Assembly (NCBI GenBank): GCA_016186955.1
Contig: JACPKP010000003.1
Coordinates: 130,290 to 194,289, forward strand
DNA from: Candidatus Daviesbacteria bacterium
GTDB lineage: Bacteria > Patescibacteriota > Microgenomatia > Daviesbacterales > UBA10151
Direction of reading: 5' to 3'
Length of the DNA: 64,000 bases
Shown: one piece after another, positions 47,796 to 56,784 of the stretch
Layout of the letters: each line of letters opens with the position of its first letter
How positions within the stretch are numbered: the first letter of the stretch is position 1
Notes under the pieces: generated by a model
The model's input: the letters and a program-made list of their open reading frames with translations, nothing else
Databases searched by the model: none
What the model was told of the DNA's origin: nothing
Made by a program: the position numbers and the translations under genes

Positions 47796-48595
47796 TATTT
47801 TCCTTCTGCTGAATAACTTTTAAGCCCTTTTTTCCAAAGTAATTTCGCCAGGAAAAACATCAGCAAAGTCCAAACCAAAGATTGGAAAAGTATTCTTATC
47901 AAAGTTATTCCTGTTATTTTTCCCAAAATTATTGCAATTGGAAAATAGATAAGGTAAGGGAAAGGTGTCAGCTGTAAAACAATTTTTAAAAAACCGGGTA
48001 AGATGTCCAAAGGAAAAATACCTCCTGCAAAAGTTTCAATTAATATTGCTATAAAAAACCTGGCGCCCCAGATATCTTCCGGCCTCCAAAAAGCAAAAGA
48101 GGCAGCAGTTATACTGATTAAAAAATAAATGACCATTGCCAAAACAGAGGCTAAAAAAAATGCCAAAAGGTTAACCAAATCTTCCGGAAGTTTAATGTCA
48201 GGCCGCAACATTAGCGCCAGGACGCTGATTTCAAAAACAGCAAAAGCTAAATTCAAAACCTTGCTTGATAAGTCCCGCGTAAACCAGTATTTCAGATAAT
48301 TTACAGGTTTAACTAAGTAGTTACTTAAATCCCCCCTGGCGATCTCCCCGCCGATATTTTCAGCTGAAGGTGCGGATAATACAAAGGTATTGATTACCAG
48401 CACCAGAAATACATAAGTCAGCATATCTTGTTGGGAGTATCCAAACACTGACCTATTTGAATAAAAGACTCCCTGCCAGAGGAAAAATGTCATCAAAAAC
48501 CTTAAGATATTCCGAGACCTCCAGAGGATGAAATTTAACCTGTAGGTAAACTCGTTTTGCAGGGAAAGAGAAAAGATAGTGAAATACTTAAGCAT
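47795..48595 (-). CDS. ABC-2 family transporter permease (paralogue of 50553-51344)
   Basis: Six TM helices. N-terminus resembles MKKYWVYFKLNFQEMLEYR of its paralogue. Confidence 0.55.
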   Translation of the reverse strand: MLKYFTIFSLSLQNEFTYRLNFILWRSRNILRFLMTFFLWQGVFYSNRSVFGYSQQDMLTYVFLVLVINTFVLSAPSAENIGGEIARGDLSNYLVKPVNYLKYWFTRDLSSKVLNLAFAVFEISVLALMLRPDIKLPEDLVNLLAFFLASVLAMVIYFLISITAASFAFWRPEDIWGARFFIAILIETFAGGIFPLDILPGFLKIVLQLTPFPYLIYFPIAIILGKITGITLIRILFQSLVWTLLMFFLAKLLWKKGLKSYSAEGK

Positions 48596-48683
48596 ATCTC
48601 AAATCTAAAATTTTAAATCGCAAATCTACATCTAAAATCTATGAATTCTTTAAGATTTAAGTTGTAATTTTGACATTTGAGAT

Positions 48684-49676
48684 TTATGATTTAACATTCT
48701 CTGCTGTAAATACCTCCCGGATGATGTCTTCAATCTGTGCTTCCTCGATATTTAAATCATCAACCGGGAAATCCTTTAAAAGCTTTGCTGCTGCTTCTGA
48801 GACTTTGGACCTTTTGACGGAGATTACCGCGCGGGGAAATTCATAACTTTCCAGTTTTCCGATCTCCCTGAATTTTTCCGCATCAACCTCTCTTTCTAAA
48901 ATAACAGTTAGTAATTTATGGTCGGCAAATTTTTTAATAATCGCCTCAAGTTTTCCGTCAAATAAGATCTTTCCGTGGTCAATAATGATCACCCTTTCAC
49001 AAAGCTCTTTAACATCATCCATATAATGACTGGTTAAAATGATTGTTGCATTAAAGCGCTTGTTGTATTCCCTGATAAAGTCCCGCATCTTTTTCTGCAT
49101 CACCACATCAAGCCCGATGGTCGGTTCATCCAAAAATAAAATTTTAGGGGAATGGATTAAAGCTGCGATTAGCTCCATTTTCATCCGCTGACCTAAAGAC
49201 AACTTCCTTACCTGGATCTTTAAAATATCTTCAACTTCTAAAAGCTCTACCAGTTCGTCCAAAGTTTTTTTATATTGGTCATCAGGAACTTCATAAATCT
49301 CCTTATTTAAAATAAAAGACTCCATTGCCGGCAGGTCCCACCAGAGTTGGTTTTTTTGGCCCATGACCAGCGAAAATTGTTTTTGGAAAGCGGTTTTTCT
49401 TTCCCAAGGGGTAAAGTCTAAAACCTGGACTTTTCCTGAAGTTGGGTAGAGCAGGCCGGATAACACCTTAAGGGTGGTGGTTTTTCCGGCGCCGTTTGGT
49501 CCGATAAACCCCACCAGCTCACCTTCACCGATCTCAAAAGAGACCCCATCAACAGCCTTGACATCATAATATTTCCGGGAAAAAAGGGATTTTACAGAGC
49601 CTATTAGCCCTGGTTCTTTTTGATGGACTTTATAGTATTTTTTTAAATCACCAACTTTTATGATGGGTTCTTCCAT
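48684..49676 (-). CDS. ABC transporter ATP-binding protein
   Basis: Walker A GPNGAGKTT, signature LSLGQRMKMEL, Walker B LFLDEPTIGLD. Confidence 0.85.
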   Translation of the reverse strand: MEEPIIKVGDLKKYYKVHQKEPGLIGSVKSLFSRKYYDVKAVDGVSFEIGEGELVGFIGPNGAGKTTTLKVLSGLLYPTSGKVQVLDFTPWERKTAFQKQFSLVMGQKNQLWWDLPAMESFILNKEIYEVPDDQYKKTLDELVELLEVEDILKIQVRKLSLGQRMKMELIAALIHSPKILFLDEPTIGLDVVMQKKMRDFIREYNKRFNATIILTSHYMDDVKELCERVIIIDHGKILFDGKLEAIIKKFADHKLLTVILEREVDAEKFREIGKLESYEFPRAVISVKRSKVSEAAAKLLKDFPVDDLNIEEAQIEDIIREVFTAENVKS

Positions 49677-49727
49677 GGATATATTGTAACAAAGAAAGTG
49701 TGGGTTTGTTACTTAGAGAAAAGTTGC

Positions 49728-49790
49728 CAATTTCAATCCCAGGCACAAAAGGCGTCCCCTTTCGAGGCTAGCTACTGGCGGAGGTATAGT
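49728..49790. repeat. 50-nt conserved intergenic repeat, copy 2
   Basis: CCCAGGCACAAAAGGCGTCCCCTTTCGAGGCTAGCTACTGG versus copy 1. Confidence 0.5.
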
Positions 49791-50556
49791 GTTTGAGGGA
49801 GAAATTCCAGAACCAGGATGAAAACCATACCGCCAAAGATGCAAAAAATACCCCAAAAAATAAAAAATACCAGGGTGACATGCCAAAAAATAACCTGACC
49901 GGGACAGTTATTATAAAGCCTAATGGAATAATAAAAGTTAAAACAAAAGAGGTGGTTTTCCCAAACAGGTCTAAGGGGATAGCCAATGGTTCCCTCAGAA
50001 TATAGAAAACGTCAGTTATTCCTGAGAACCTCCCTATCCATATTGATAAGGTAGACAAACTAAAATATATTCCGTAGAGGATTAACAGCCCTGCCAGTAG
50101 ACCTAGGATTAAAAATGACCAATTTATAATTGATACCATAATGTCCATTTTTTGCAATGAGTAATAAACCAAAACAAGTCCGGTTAGAACGCTAAAGAGC
50201 TCAAAAATCCGTGTCAGGCGGAAAGTGATATAAAATTGAGAATTGATAGGTTTTGTCAAAAATATATCCAGTGTTCCCCGCTGGACATAATTGGGGATCC
50301 AGTTAATACTTCTGAAAAATAATACATAAAATAGGGAACTGACACATCTGTAAATTCCGGTCAATAAAAAAACCTGGTATTTTGTCCAACCGAAAATTTC
50401 TTTCGAGAAAGAAAAATAGACATTTACAAAAATAACCATAATGATAAGTGAGATCGTGCTGTTTGTAATTATTCCGAATACATTCCACCGCTTTTCTAGG
50501 TAGTTTTTGGCAGAGATATTAAGTAATGCTAAAAAGACCTTAAAATAATGTTTCAT
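49768..50556 (-). CDS. ABC-2 family transporter permease
   Basis: Polytopic. Operon context. Confidence 0.55.
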   Translation of the reverse strand: MKHYFKVFLALLNISAKNYLEKRWNVFGIITNSTISLIIMVIFVNVYFSFSKEIFGWTKYQVFLLTGIYRCVSSLFYVLFFRSINWIPNYVQRGTLDIFLTKPINSQFYITFRLTRIFELFSVLTGLVLVYYSLQKMDIMVSIINWSFLILGLLAGLLILYGIYFSLSTLSIWIGRFSGITDVFYILREPLAIPLDLFGKTTSFVLTFIIPLGFIITVPVRLFFGMSPWYFLFFGVFFASLAVWFSSWFWNFSLKHYTSASS

Positions 50557-51344
50557 CCTCCGAACCCCTGGTATAGTTTAATTCCTTTGGAATAGGTTAG
50601 TTTGTACCCCAGAAAAAAAAATGTCAACCAAAAAAATTGGATACCAAACCCCAAAACAACATTTTCTGCACTTAATTTGCCCAATAAAACCTCAATCGGG
50701 AAAGAAATAATGTAACGGAACGGCAAAAAAACCGCCAAGTTAAATAGAGTTGCCGGGAGGAATGCAACCGGAATAAGTTTGCCTGAAAACAATTGGTTAG
50801 AAAGGCTGATGTAATTTTTAAAAAAATCAATCTCGTGGAACCAGAATGCAGACAGTCCTAAAATAAAATCCAATAAAAAAGCAATAAGTATGGACATAAG
50901 CAGGCTGGTAAAAAACAACAGCCAGTTTAGAATATTTAAAGGGAAGGCTATTTTGCCTTGCGATGCCAAAACAACTCCTATAATAACAAAAATAATCACA
51001 AAGATTTTAAAGATTTTTTCAGACATATTTTGGATGAAATATTCCGTCAAAACAGAGACTGGTTTTATAAGATAAACTGAAAAATCCCCGTTATTGATTT
51101 TTTCAGAGATAAACCATGCACCCCAAGCCCCTACTAAAATTTCCACCGTCATAGCTAAAATAAAATAAGTTACAAGCTCAGGATAACTATATGCCAGTTT
51201 TGCACCTGACCCTAAAACAGCCAGCCAGATAGTGAGTCCTATAAGTGGTAATATTGCCCCTGATAAAGTCCAGATAATGACATCAGTACGGTATTCCAGC
51301 ATTTCCTGAAAATTTAGTTTAAAATACACCCAATATTTTTTCAT
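50553..51344 (-). CDS. ABC-2 family transporter permease
   Basis: Polytopic. 4-nt overlap with the downstream gene. Confidence 0.55.
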   Translation of the reverse strand: MKKYWVYFKLNFQEMLEYRTDVIIWTLSGAILPLIGLTIWLAVLGSGAKLAYSYPELVTYFILAMTVEILVGAWGAWFISEKINNGDFSVYLIKPVSVLTEYFIQNMSEKIFKIFVIIFVIIGVVLASQGKIAFPLNILNWLLFFTSLLMSILIAFLLDFILGLSAFWFHEIDFFKNYISLSNQLFSGKLIPVAFLPATLFNLAVFLPFRYIISFPIEVLLGKLSAENVVLGFGIQFFWLTFFFLGYKLTYSKGIKLYQGFGG

Positions 51345-51383
51345 CTTTTGTAAATTTTAGCACAAGATGAAAGATGGGGGTGG

Positions 51384-51758
51384 TTATGGTGTGGGTAGGA
51401 GTGAATTAACCAGCAGTTGGACTTTGGGGAAATAGGGTGTATCCTTAGCTGAGCAATAAAGTCCAAAAATACAGTGGTCTAATGCTTTGATGTCACTGTC
51501 AATTACATCTTTTCCATAAGTTGCTTCTAAAATAGCAATGTTTATTCCAGTGTAAATACGCCTTCTCCTTACAAAATCCTCCAGTTGAGTTAAATCATCG
51601 GGCGCTTCTGCTTTTGTAGAATTGTTATCCATAAGCTTGGTCAACCTTTCTGTTTCTTTCCTTTGTTTAATCTGGTAAGGCAACTTTCCCTGTCTTTCAA
51701 GAGCCTGGTAGTAATATCTATCGCGCTCACCAAGATTATTGGGATGTTCAGGTTTCAT
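51384..51758 (-). CDS. Hypothetical protein, tandem paralogue A
   Basis: C-terminus LDHCIFGLYCSAKDTPYFPKVQLLVNSL aligns with the neighbour's C-terminus LGNVILALYVSTRNTEFYPSAQEILSNL. Confidence 0.4.
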   Translation of the reverse strand: MKPEHPNNLGERDRYYYQALERQGKLPYQIKQRKETERLTKLMDNNSTKAEAPDDLTQLEDFVRRRRIYTGINIAILEATYGKDVIDSDIKALDHCIFGLYCSAKDTPYFPKVQLLVNSLLPTP

Positions 51759-52126
51759 GGCTTTAAGTTACTTAAAATTTCTTGAGCAGACGGGTAAAAT
51801 TCAGTATTTCTGGTTGAGACATATAAGGCAAGGATTACATTACCAAGTAATTTTTTTTGCTCATCCGGAGTCAAAAAACCGGATTCTGAATAAACATTAT
51901 TCATGAAAGTACTGGCATTATGCATCTTTACGCAGCGGTCCAGCCTTTCCAGAACATCTTTTCTTAAGAAAGGCTGGGAACCATTGGGGGTATCAATACT
52001 CTCAACCACTAACTTCTCTACAAGAGTAGGTATCCTGGTTGGCATTGGTTCTGGCGGCATGGATTCCGCCTCTTCATATTGTGGCGCAAATTCATAAAAA
52101 TCACGGCCGTCTGATTCTCCGCACAT
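51755..52126 (-). CDS. Hypothetical protein, tandem paralogue B
   Basis: See paralogue A. ATGA overlap. Confidence 0.4.
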   Translation of the reverse strand: MCGESDGRDFYEFAPQYEEAESMPPEPMPTRIPTLVEKLVVESIDTPNGSQPFLRKDVLERLDRCVKMHNASTFMNNVYSESGFLTPDEQKKLLGNVILALYVSTRNTEFYPSAQEILSNLKP

Positions 52127-52158
52127 AATGATACTAAATATACACCATTTATCTTATA

Positions 52159-52932
52159 GTGTCAAGCATGATAAATATGTTGTTACTCGGCAGTTTGTTG
52201 TATGATAAAAATGTGATTAAGTTTCTGCCGCTGGTTGTGCTGATTGCTACTATTTTAGGGGTTTATGTGTATTTTAATTTTTTTAAAACATCTTCGCCTC
52301 AAAATCCGGTAGCGTCTTTGACCACTACAGTGGATTCGGAGTCTTGGGAAAAAAGGATCAAAACATTGGAAGGTGCACTTGTGCAACTGGCGGATAAGAC
52401 GGGTAACGCCTCTGTTTCCACCAGCATCAATAACTCCTCTCCTATCCTTGCTGTGGATATTGAGTCAAAATTAAATACGCTTGAAGTAAGTGTAGCAGAT
52501 CTCCAAGGAAGAGTGAAACAGCTTGAAGTGGGGACTGCTACTCCAATTAACACCGCACAAACCAAACAATCCCCTGCTTATATCCTGTCTTTGGGGTCAG
52601 GAGATTCAACCAAAGCGACGGATTGGGTGACTGCCTCAAATATTGATATTACAGTTGACCCTGCCAGTTTTCCGGGGCATACCAGTATGCAGCTTGAAGC
52701 GCAAATTAAAGTTTTAAGCGGTAATGGTAAAGTTTTTGCCAGGCTTTATGATTCAGCAGCCGGGACATCTGTGTTATCGTCTGAGGTGTCAACAGCTGCA
52801 GAAAATTACAGCTGGACATCTTCCCAAACATTTACGCTTGGCAGCAGTAAGAAAACGTATAAATTCCAGATTAAGTCTTTGACAGGGTATGAGGCTTACA
52901 TTCAGGGAGCAAGGATTAAAGTCAATTTTTAA
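52159..52932 (+). CDS. Hypothetical membrane-anchored coiled-coil protein with a C-terminal beta-rich domain
   Basis: N-terminal TM, heptad segment LEGALVQLADK..LQGRVKQLEVG, then an S/T-rich beta region. Confidence 0.4.
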   Translation: MSSMINMLLLGSLLYDKNVIKFLPLVVLIATILGVYVYFNFFKTSSPQNPVASLTTTVDSESWEKRIKTLEGALVQLADKTGNASVSTSINNSSPILAVDIESKLNTLEVSVADLQGRVKQLEVGTATPINTAQTKQSPAYILSLGSGDSTKATDWVTASNIDITVDPASFPGHTSMQLEAQIKVLSGNGKVFARLYDSAAGTSVLSSEVSTAAENYSWTSSQTFTLGSSKKTYKFQIKSLTGYEAYIQGARIKVNF

Positions 52933-52933
52933 G

Positions 52934-53560
52934 ATGGAAAGACGAAGAAGGGTAGATGGTTTAAAAGAAGTCATTGCCGGGGGAAAAGTTTTAGCTTCAG
53001 GAAACATGCTTTGGGCTTACAAAACTTGGGGTGATAAAAGTCTGGTGATGGAGCCGGAGATAAAAGTTAAAAAGTGGTTTGGCGAATTATTTAACCGCTA
53101 TCCATTTACCGAAGATGCAGTTGCCTATTTCCGTACGCTCAATATGGAAGCAGGGGATTTATCCCGAAATCTTGGCGGAGGGTACTGGTATGCAGATAAA
53201 AAACTGGTCCAGATCCATGGGGCTCAGGATGAGGCAGCCATCCATGAGTTATCACATGCATTTTGGGAGCCCCGCAGAAATAAAAGCGCAAAAGACTTAA
53301 TGGCTGCTGTTGTCGGGCTTTCTAAAGATACAGACCCATGCTATCATGTACCCTCCTATTTGGCAAAACTTTACATTAATGGTGACCCAAACCAGCAGGA
53401 TCCAAACAGTCCGACCGGATATTGGAGGGGGATGCTGGTTGAGGGAAACGATACAGAGATGTATGCGGGGTTAAGCTCGGGAATTATGGGGGACATAAAA
53501 AAACTGCCTCCGTATGTAAAGTTATTTTATCAGGAGTTGTTTAATGAGAAGCTATCTTAA
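52934..53560 (+). CDS. Hypothetical protein with an HExxH motif (putative metallopeptidase-like)
   Basis: AAIHELSHAFWEP. ATG 52934 directly follows the upstream stop. Confidence 0.35.
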   Translation: MERRRRVDGLKEVIAGGKVLASGNMLWAYKTWGDKSLVMEPEIKVKKWFGELFNRYPFTEDAVAYFRTLNMEAGDLSRNLGGGYWYADKKLVQIHGAQDEAAIHELSHAFWEPRRNKSAKDLMAAVVGLSKDTDPCYHVPSYLAKLYINGDPNQQDPNSPTGYWRGMLVEGNDTEMYAGLSSGIMGDIKKLPPYVKLFYQELFNEKLS

Positions 53561-54016
53561 ACCGGTTAAAAACTTTATTGCTCCACATAATGTTGCCATG
53601 GAGTTTTTTGCAAAAACTTTGGGGTTGCTGATGTTTCCATAGAGTATTGATGGGGTGAGAAGTTTTGATGGCTTGACTGCACAAATATGTACTTCCTCTT
53701 CCCAGAAGTCATAGTCTCTAATTTCAAGGTTTGCATCCCTTTTCCTGATTGTAAAAAGTTGGGTATCTTCCCTGATAAATTCATCAATGACATCGTAAGA
53801 ATAATTTTTATATTGGAAACGGATGGATTTGTCCGGTCTTTTTAGATTCTCACCTTGAAATAAACTTGCGCTTAGGGCCTGCAAATATTCCGGACGCAAA
53901 ACAAGCCACCTTCTGAAATCCTCAATAACCTTAAATGCATGGATAGTGATAAGCGACTGATCCAATTCAGGAGATATCATCAACACCAGATTACTGCAGC
54001 TTTTAAATTTTTGCAA
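53552..54016 (-). CDS. Hypothetical protein
   Basis: 154-aa ORF with AT-rich native composition. Confidence 0.3.
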   Translation of the reverse strand: MQKFKSCSNLVLMISPELDQSLITIHAFKVIEDFRRWLVLRPEYLQALSASLFQGENLKRPDKSIRFQYKNYSYDVIDEFIREDTQLFTIRKRDANLEIRDYDFWEEEVHICAVKPSKLLTPSILYGNISNPKVFAKNSMATLCGAIKFLTGLR

Positions 54017-54029
54017 TGGCTATTTTTAA

Positions 54030-54075
54030 ATGAAAAAGCCCCCCGCTGCACGAAGCATTGGGGGGTGTTTGTGCC
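54030..54075 (-). terminator. Terminator-like hairpin at the 3' edge of the GC-rich island
   Basis: Minus strand: CCCCCC, loop AATGCTTCGTGCAGC, GGGGGG, then CTTTTT. Confidence 0.4.
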
Positions 54076-54078
54076 CGT

Positions 54079-54177
54079 CTAGTGGAGGCCGGGAACTTTG
54101 ATGGTTCCCGAAATTACCAGCACAAACAGTGCAAATACGGTATATGCTACCGCAAACACTGTTGCATAGAAATCCAT
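54079..54177 (-). CDS. Small hydrophobic peptide (32 aa) with a perfect SD, inside the GC-rich island
   Basis: AGGAGG lies 5 nt upstream of ATG. MDFYATVFAVAYTVFALFVLVISGTIKVPGLH is a single TM helix. It is below the 60-aa cutoff of the ORF track. Confidence 0.4.
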   Translation of the reverse strand: MDFYATVFAVAYTVFALFVLVISGTIKVPGLH

Positions 54178-54200
54178 TGAGCCCTCCTGTTTTTTGAGAG

Positions 54201-54878
54201 CTATTCCCTCCAGCCTTTTGGAGGCGGACAACCCGGACCCGGCCCGTCTGCCGGGAAGGGGTTCGGCGAAGATTGATTTCTTCCACCAACATTGATGCCG
54301 ATTGCCCTTAGATTTTCTGCGGTATCATACCGCAGGGTCAAAAGGGCTGCCCGGTGTTCCTCACGGTAGAAGCGCACCCGTGTGACTTCATGTTCGGTTT
54401 GCCGGCCAAAGCCGGTGCCGATACTACCCTTTGTGCCACCTAATAGGGGACCGAAATCACCGCGGGTGTTTTCCAACAGCGGGTAGCGGTAATGTGGCCG
54501 CTCATAGTAGAAAGCGGCCCCGATGACTCCGATGTTCTCCGGTTTGCCCATCTTTGAGGCATAGGCCTCAGGAAGGGTGTCAAAGAGAAAGTGGGCGACG
54601 TCTTGGTCGTCCAACCGCCAGCCCGGGACATCCAGGTGGCTTTCAGGCTCCAGGATGTACCCTGAGCCGTTTTGGCTGGCACGCTGGCCAGTCATTACCG
54701 ACAACCCATCAACACTTAGGATAACCAAGGCTCTCCGATGCGACCAGTTACACACCCTTAGGGTGTATTCATCACCCGGCCGGCCTTCGACAAAGACCGA
54801 GCCTTCGTGGCGGTACTCCCGGGTAGCCACACTGTCTACGATGACAGCAAGGGACAGTTTTCCATCTGGAGAAAGCAA
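54201..54878 (-). CDS. Hypothetical protein encoded by a GC-rich (about 58%) island. TTG start preceded by AAGGAG.
   Basis: 225 aa. GC3-rich codon usage unlike its neighbours. SD AAGGAG 6 nt upstream of TTG 54876-54878. No recognisable family. Confidence 0.45.
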   Translation of the reverse strand: MLSPDGKLSLAVIVDSVATREYRHEGSVFVEGRPGDEYTLRVCNWSHRRALVILSVDGLSVMTGQRASQNGSGYILEPESHLDVPGWRLDDQDVAHFLFDTLPEAYASKMGKPENIGVIGAAFYYERPHYRYPLLENTRGDFGPLLGGTKGSIGTGFGRQTEHEVTRVRFYREEHRAALLTLRYDTAENLRAIGINVGGRNQSSPNPFPADGPGPGCPPPKGWRE

Positions 54879-55085
54879 TTTTGGCTCCTTGGGATTTTAG
54901 TCTTGCCGATCAACCTTCCGCGACCGATGTTTTTTACCTCCATTTAATCTTACGGATGGCTGATGACTTGCCGGATGCAAAAATTACACCCGAAAAGCCA
55001 TCATCCATGCGTTTAGATCTTTTTTAAAGTGCGGGCAAGGAAAAATTATAACAGAATGGATTAAATTGTTCAAACTTGAATGTTG

Positions 55086-55691
55086 TTAATAAGCTGTAAT
55101 TGCGACTCCAAAGCTGTTTTGGGCGTAGACACAACCCCAGACATACTCGCCTCCTGCCACCAACGCTTTATGGCCCAAAGTGTGTTCCCAGGCAGCAACA
55201 GTTTCAGCTGGAGTAAGATAGCCTACAACCAAAAATTCACTGATGTTGGAAAATTTTTGGGCCATGGGGGCGACATCAGACCTTTTTAGGGTGGTTTCAA
55301 AGCCTTGATGGCCGTCCAGTTTGCCCAGTTCAAGCAGCTGGTTGAGCCTGATTGAGGCGATGGTGCAAAGTTCACTCCTTTGTTGTAGGGCGTTTACCCC
55401 GTTTTCTATCCTTCTTTTGTTGACAGCATCCCAAAGCTCAGGTCCGCCCCAGGCGATTTTTACAGGAAGGGGTTGGTAAATAGGTTGAGGGGTGGTGATC
55501 GTTGGAGCAGTTTGTTTCAGACTACTACGCTGCCTGCAGTCTTCCCTGGTAGTAAAAACCTGTTTTCCATTAATATAACATTCAATTGTGCCTGATTTTG
55601 GCTGGCCCAAAAAATTTGCAGCCAAAATTGCCAAAATAACAATTAAAATTAAATAATGTAACCTCATAATGATTTTATACAGCTTTCTCAA
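55086..55691 (-). CDS. Secreted protein, weakly CAP/SCP-like
   Basis: Signal peptide. C-terminus AWEHTLGHKALVAGGEYVWGCVYAQ resembles the CAP-domain block HYTQVVW..vGCa. Confidence 0.3.
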   Translation of the reverse strand: MRKLYKIIMRLHYLILIVILAILAANFLGQPKSGTIECYINGKQVFTTREDCRQRSSLKQTAPTITTPQPIYQPLPVKIAWGGPELWDAVNKRRIENGVNALQQRSELCTIASIRLNQLLELGKLDGHQGFETTLKRSDVAPMAQKFSNISEFLVVGYLTPAETVAAWEHTLGHKALVAGGEYVWGCVYAQNSFGVAITAY

Positions 55692-55720
55692 TCCTCAACC
55701 TGCTTATAGCTTGGGTTGAT

Positions 55721-56611
55721 TCAAAAAATACCTTCTTGTCTCCAGTTCTTTGACACTCTTGTCCTGTGTACCTTATCTATTTTTGACGCATCCTTTATTA
55801 TTTTGGCTTCTGCCCCAATAATTACCTGTTGTTTTCTGTGGTCGACAAGTTTTGTAAAAGAGTTGAAAATACCGAGCCATTGCTCAAAAGTAAGCTGTGT
55901 AGGTGTTACATTATCGTTTTGATGTAACTCCCTGCTAATAATCGAATACTGGGTAGAAGAAAAGATATTTTGCAGCCCTTTCTTCAAGTTTGGGATTGAT
56001 CTGTTGAAAGTAAAAGCCACAAAGTTCTTGTATATTTGCTTTTGGTCGTTGGTAATTAGAGCCTCCTTTCGTTTCTGAATCCTCAATAATACAATGCTTA
56101 CATTTGGTTCAGGTATAAAATCTGAAGAACTGAATTGATGAGTAATTGAAAATTCATACCAGGGCTTGTTTAGGACGGAGAATAATGTTTCTTTGCTCAC
56201 GGTTCCAGCAAATTTCAGGGCGGCTTCTCGTTGGATAATCAAGTAACAGTCATTGGGCGGTGTATGGGCATATATGAGCTTTCTGATAATATCTGCAGTG
56301 ATATTGAAGGGGATATTTGAAAAGACTTTATATTCATAGTTTGGGAGGTTATAAGCGAGAATGTTAGCGCTTTGAACTTGAACATTTTGATAATGTTGGA
56401 ATTTTGTCCGTAGATTATTGACTAAGCGGGGATCAGATTCTATTGCAACAACATTTTTGCAATGCGAGGCAAGAACTTCTGTGATAATTCCTTTACCCGA
56501 ACCGATCTCAAATACGACATCATTTTGAGCCAATGATGAATTATCCACCAATTCCTGAATGAGTCTTTTGTCTTTCAGAAAGTTTTGTGAGTATCTGATA
56601 CTTTTCCTCAT
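55721..56611 (-). CDS. erm: Erm-family 23S rRNA (adenine-N6)-methyltransferase (macrolide-lincosamide-streptogramin B resistance type)
   Basis: RYSQNFL, VFEIGSGKGIIT, KVFSNIPFNITADIIRKL, and the C-terminal LTFEQWLGIFNSFTKL align closely to the ErmC blocks (HSQNFI / IFEIGSGKGHFT / KIFGNIPYNISTDIIRKI / ISFEQFLSLFNSYKLF). The GSGKG motif argues against KsgA. Confidence 0.75.
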   Translation of the reverse strand: MRKSIRYSQNFLKDKRLIQELVDNSSLAQNDVVFEIGSGKGIITEVLASHCKNVVAIESDPRLVNNLRTKFQHYQNVQVQSANILAYNLPNYEYKVFSNIPFNITADIIRKLIYAHTPPNDCYLIIQREAALKFAGTVSKETLFSVLNKPWYEFSITHQFSSSDFIPEPNVSIVLLRIQKRKEALITNDQKQIYKNFVAFTFNRSIPNLKKGLQNIFSSTQYSIISRELHQNDNVTPTQLTFEQWLGIFNSFTKLVDHRKQQVIIGAEAKIIKDASKIDKVHRTRVSKNWRQEGIF

Positions 56612-56664
56612 ATCTTTATGACTAGTTCAAGCAGGCTTGCTAAGAATCGAACCCGGAAAGTGCA

Positions 56665-56733
56665 CGGGTGCAGGGAATCGAACCCCGAACCGCTGGTTTT
56701 GGAGACCAGTGCTCTACCAATTGAGCTACACCC
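56665..56733 (-). tRNA. tRNA-Trp (anticodon CCA)
   Basis: GGGTGTAGCTCAATTGGTAGAGCACTGGTCTCCAAAACCAGCGGTTCGGGGTTCGATTCCCTGCACCCG. Cloverleaf with GTTCGATTC T-loop. CCA is not encoded. Confidence 0.8.
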
Positions 56734-56784
56734 GTATGTAGGAATTATACTAGAAAAAGGATAAAGGGGGAAGCGAACCTATTC

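Noticed and set aside
56625-56663. Second tandem tRNA gene downstream of tRNA-Trp
   Set aside because: Only a T-arm-like GGGTTCGATTC segment is present. There is no acceptor stem, D-arm or anticodon arm, so it is treated as a fragment or scar.
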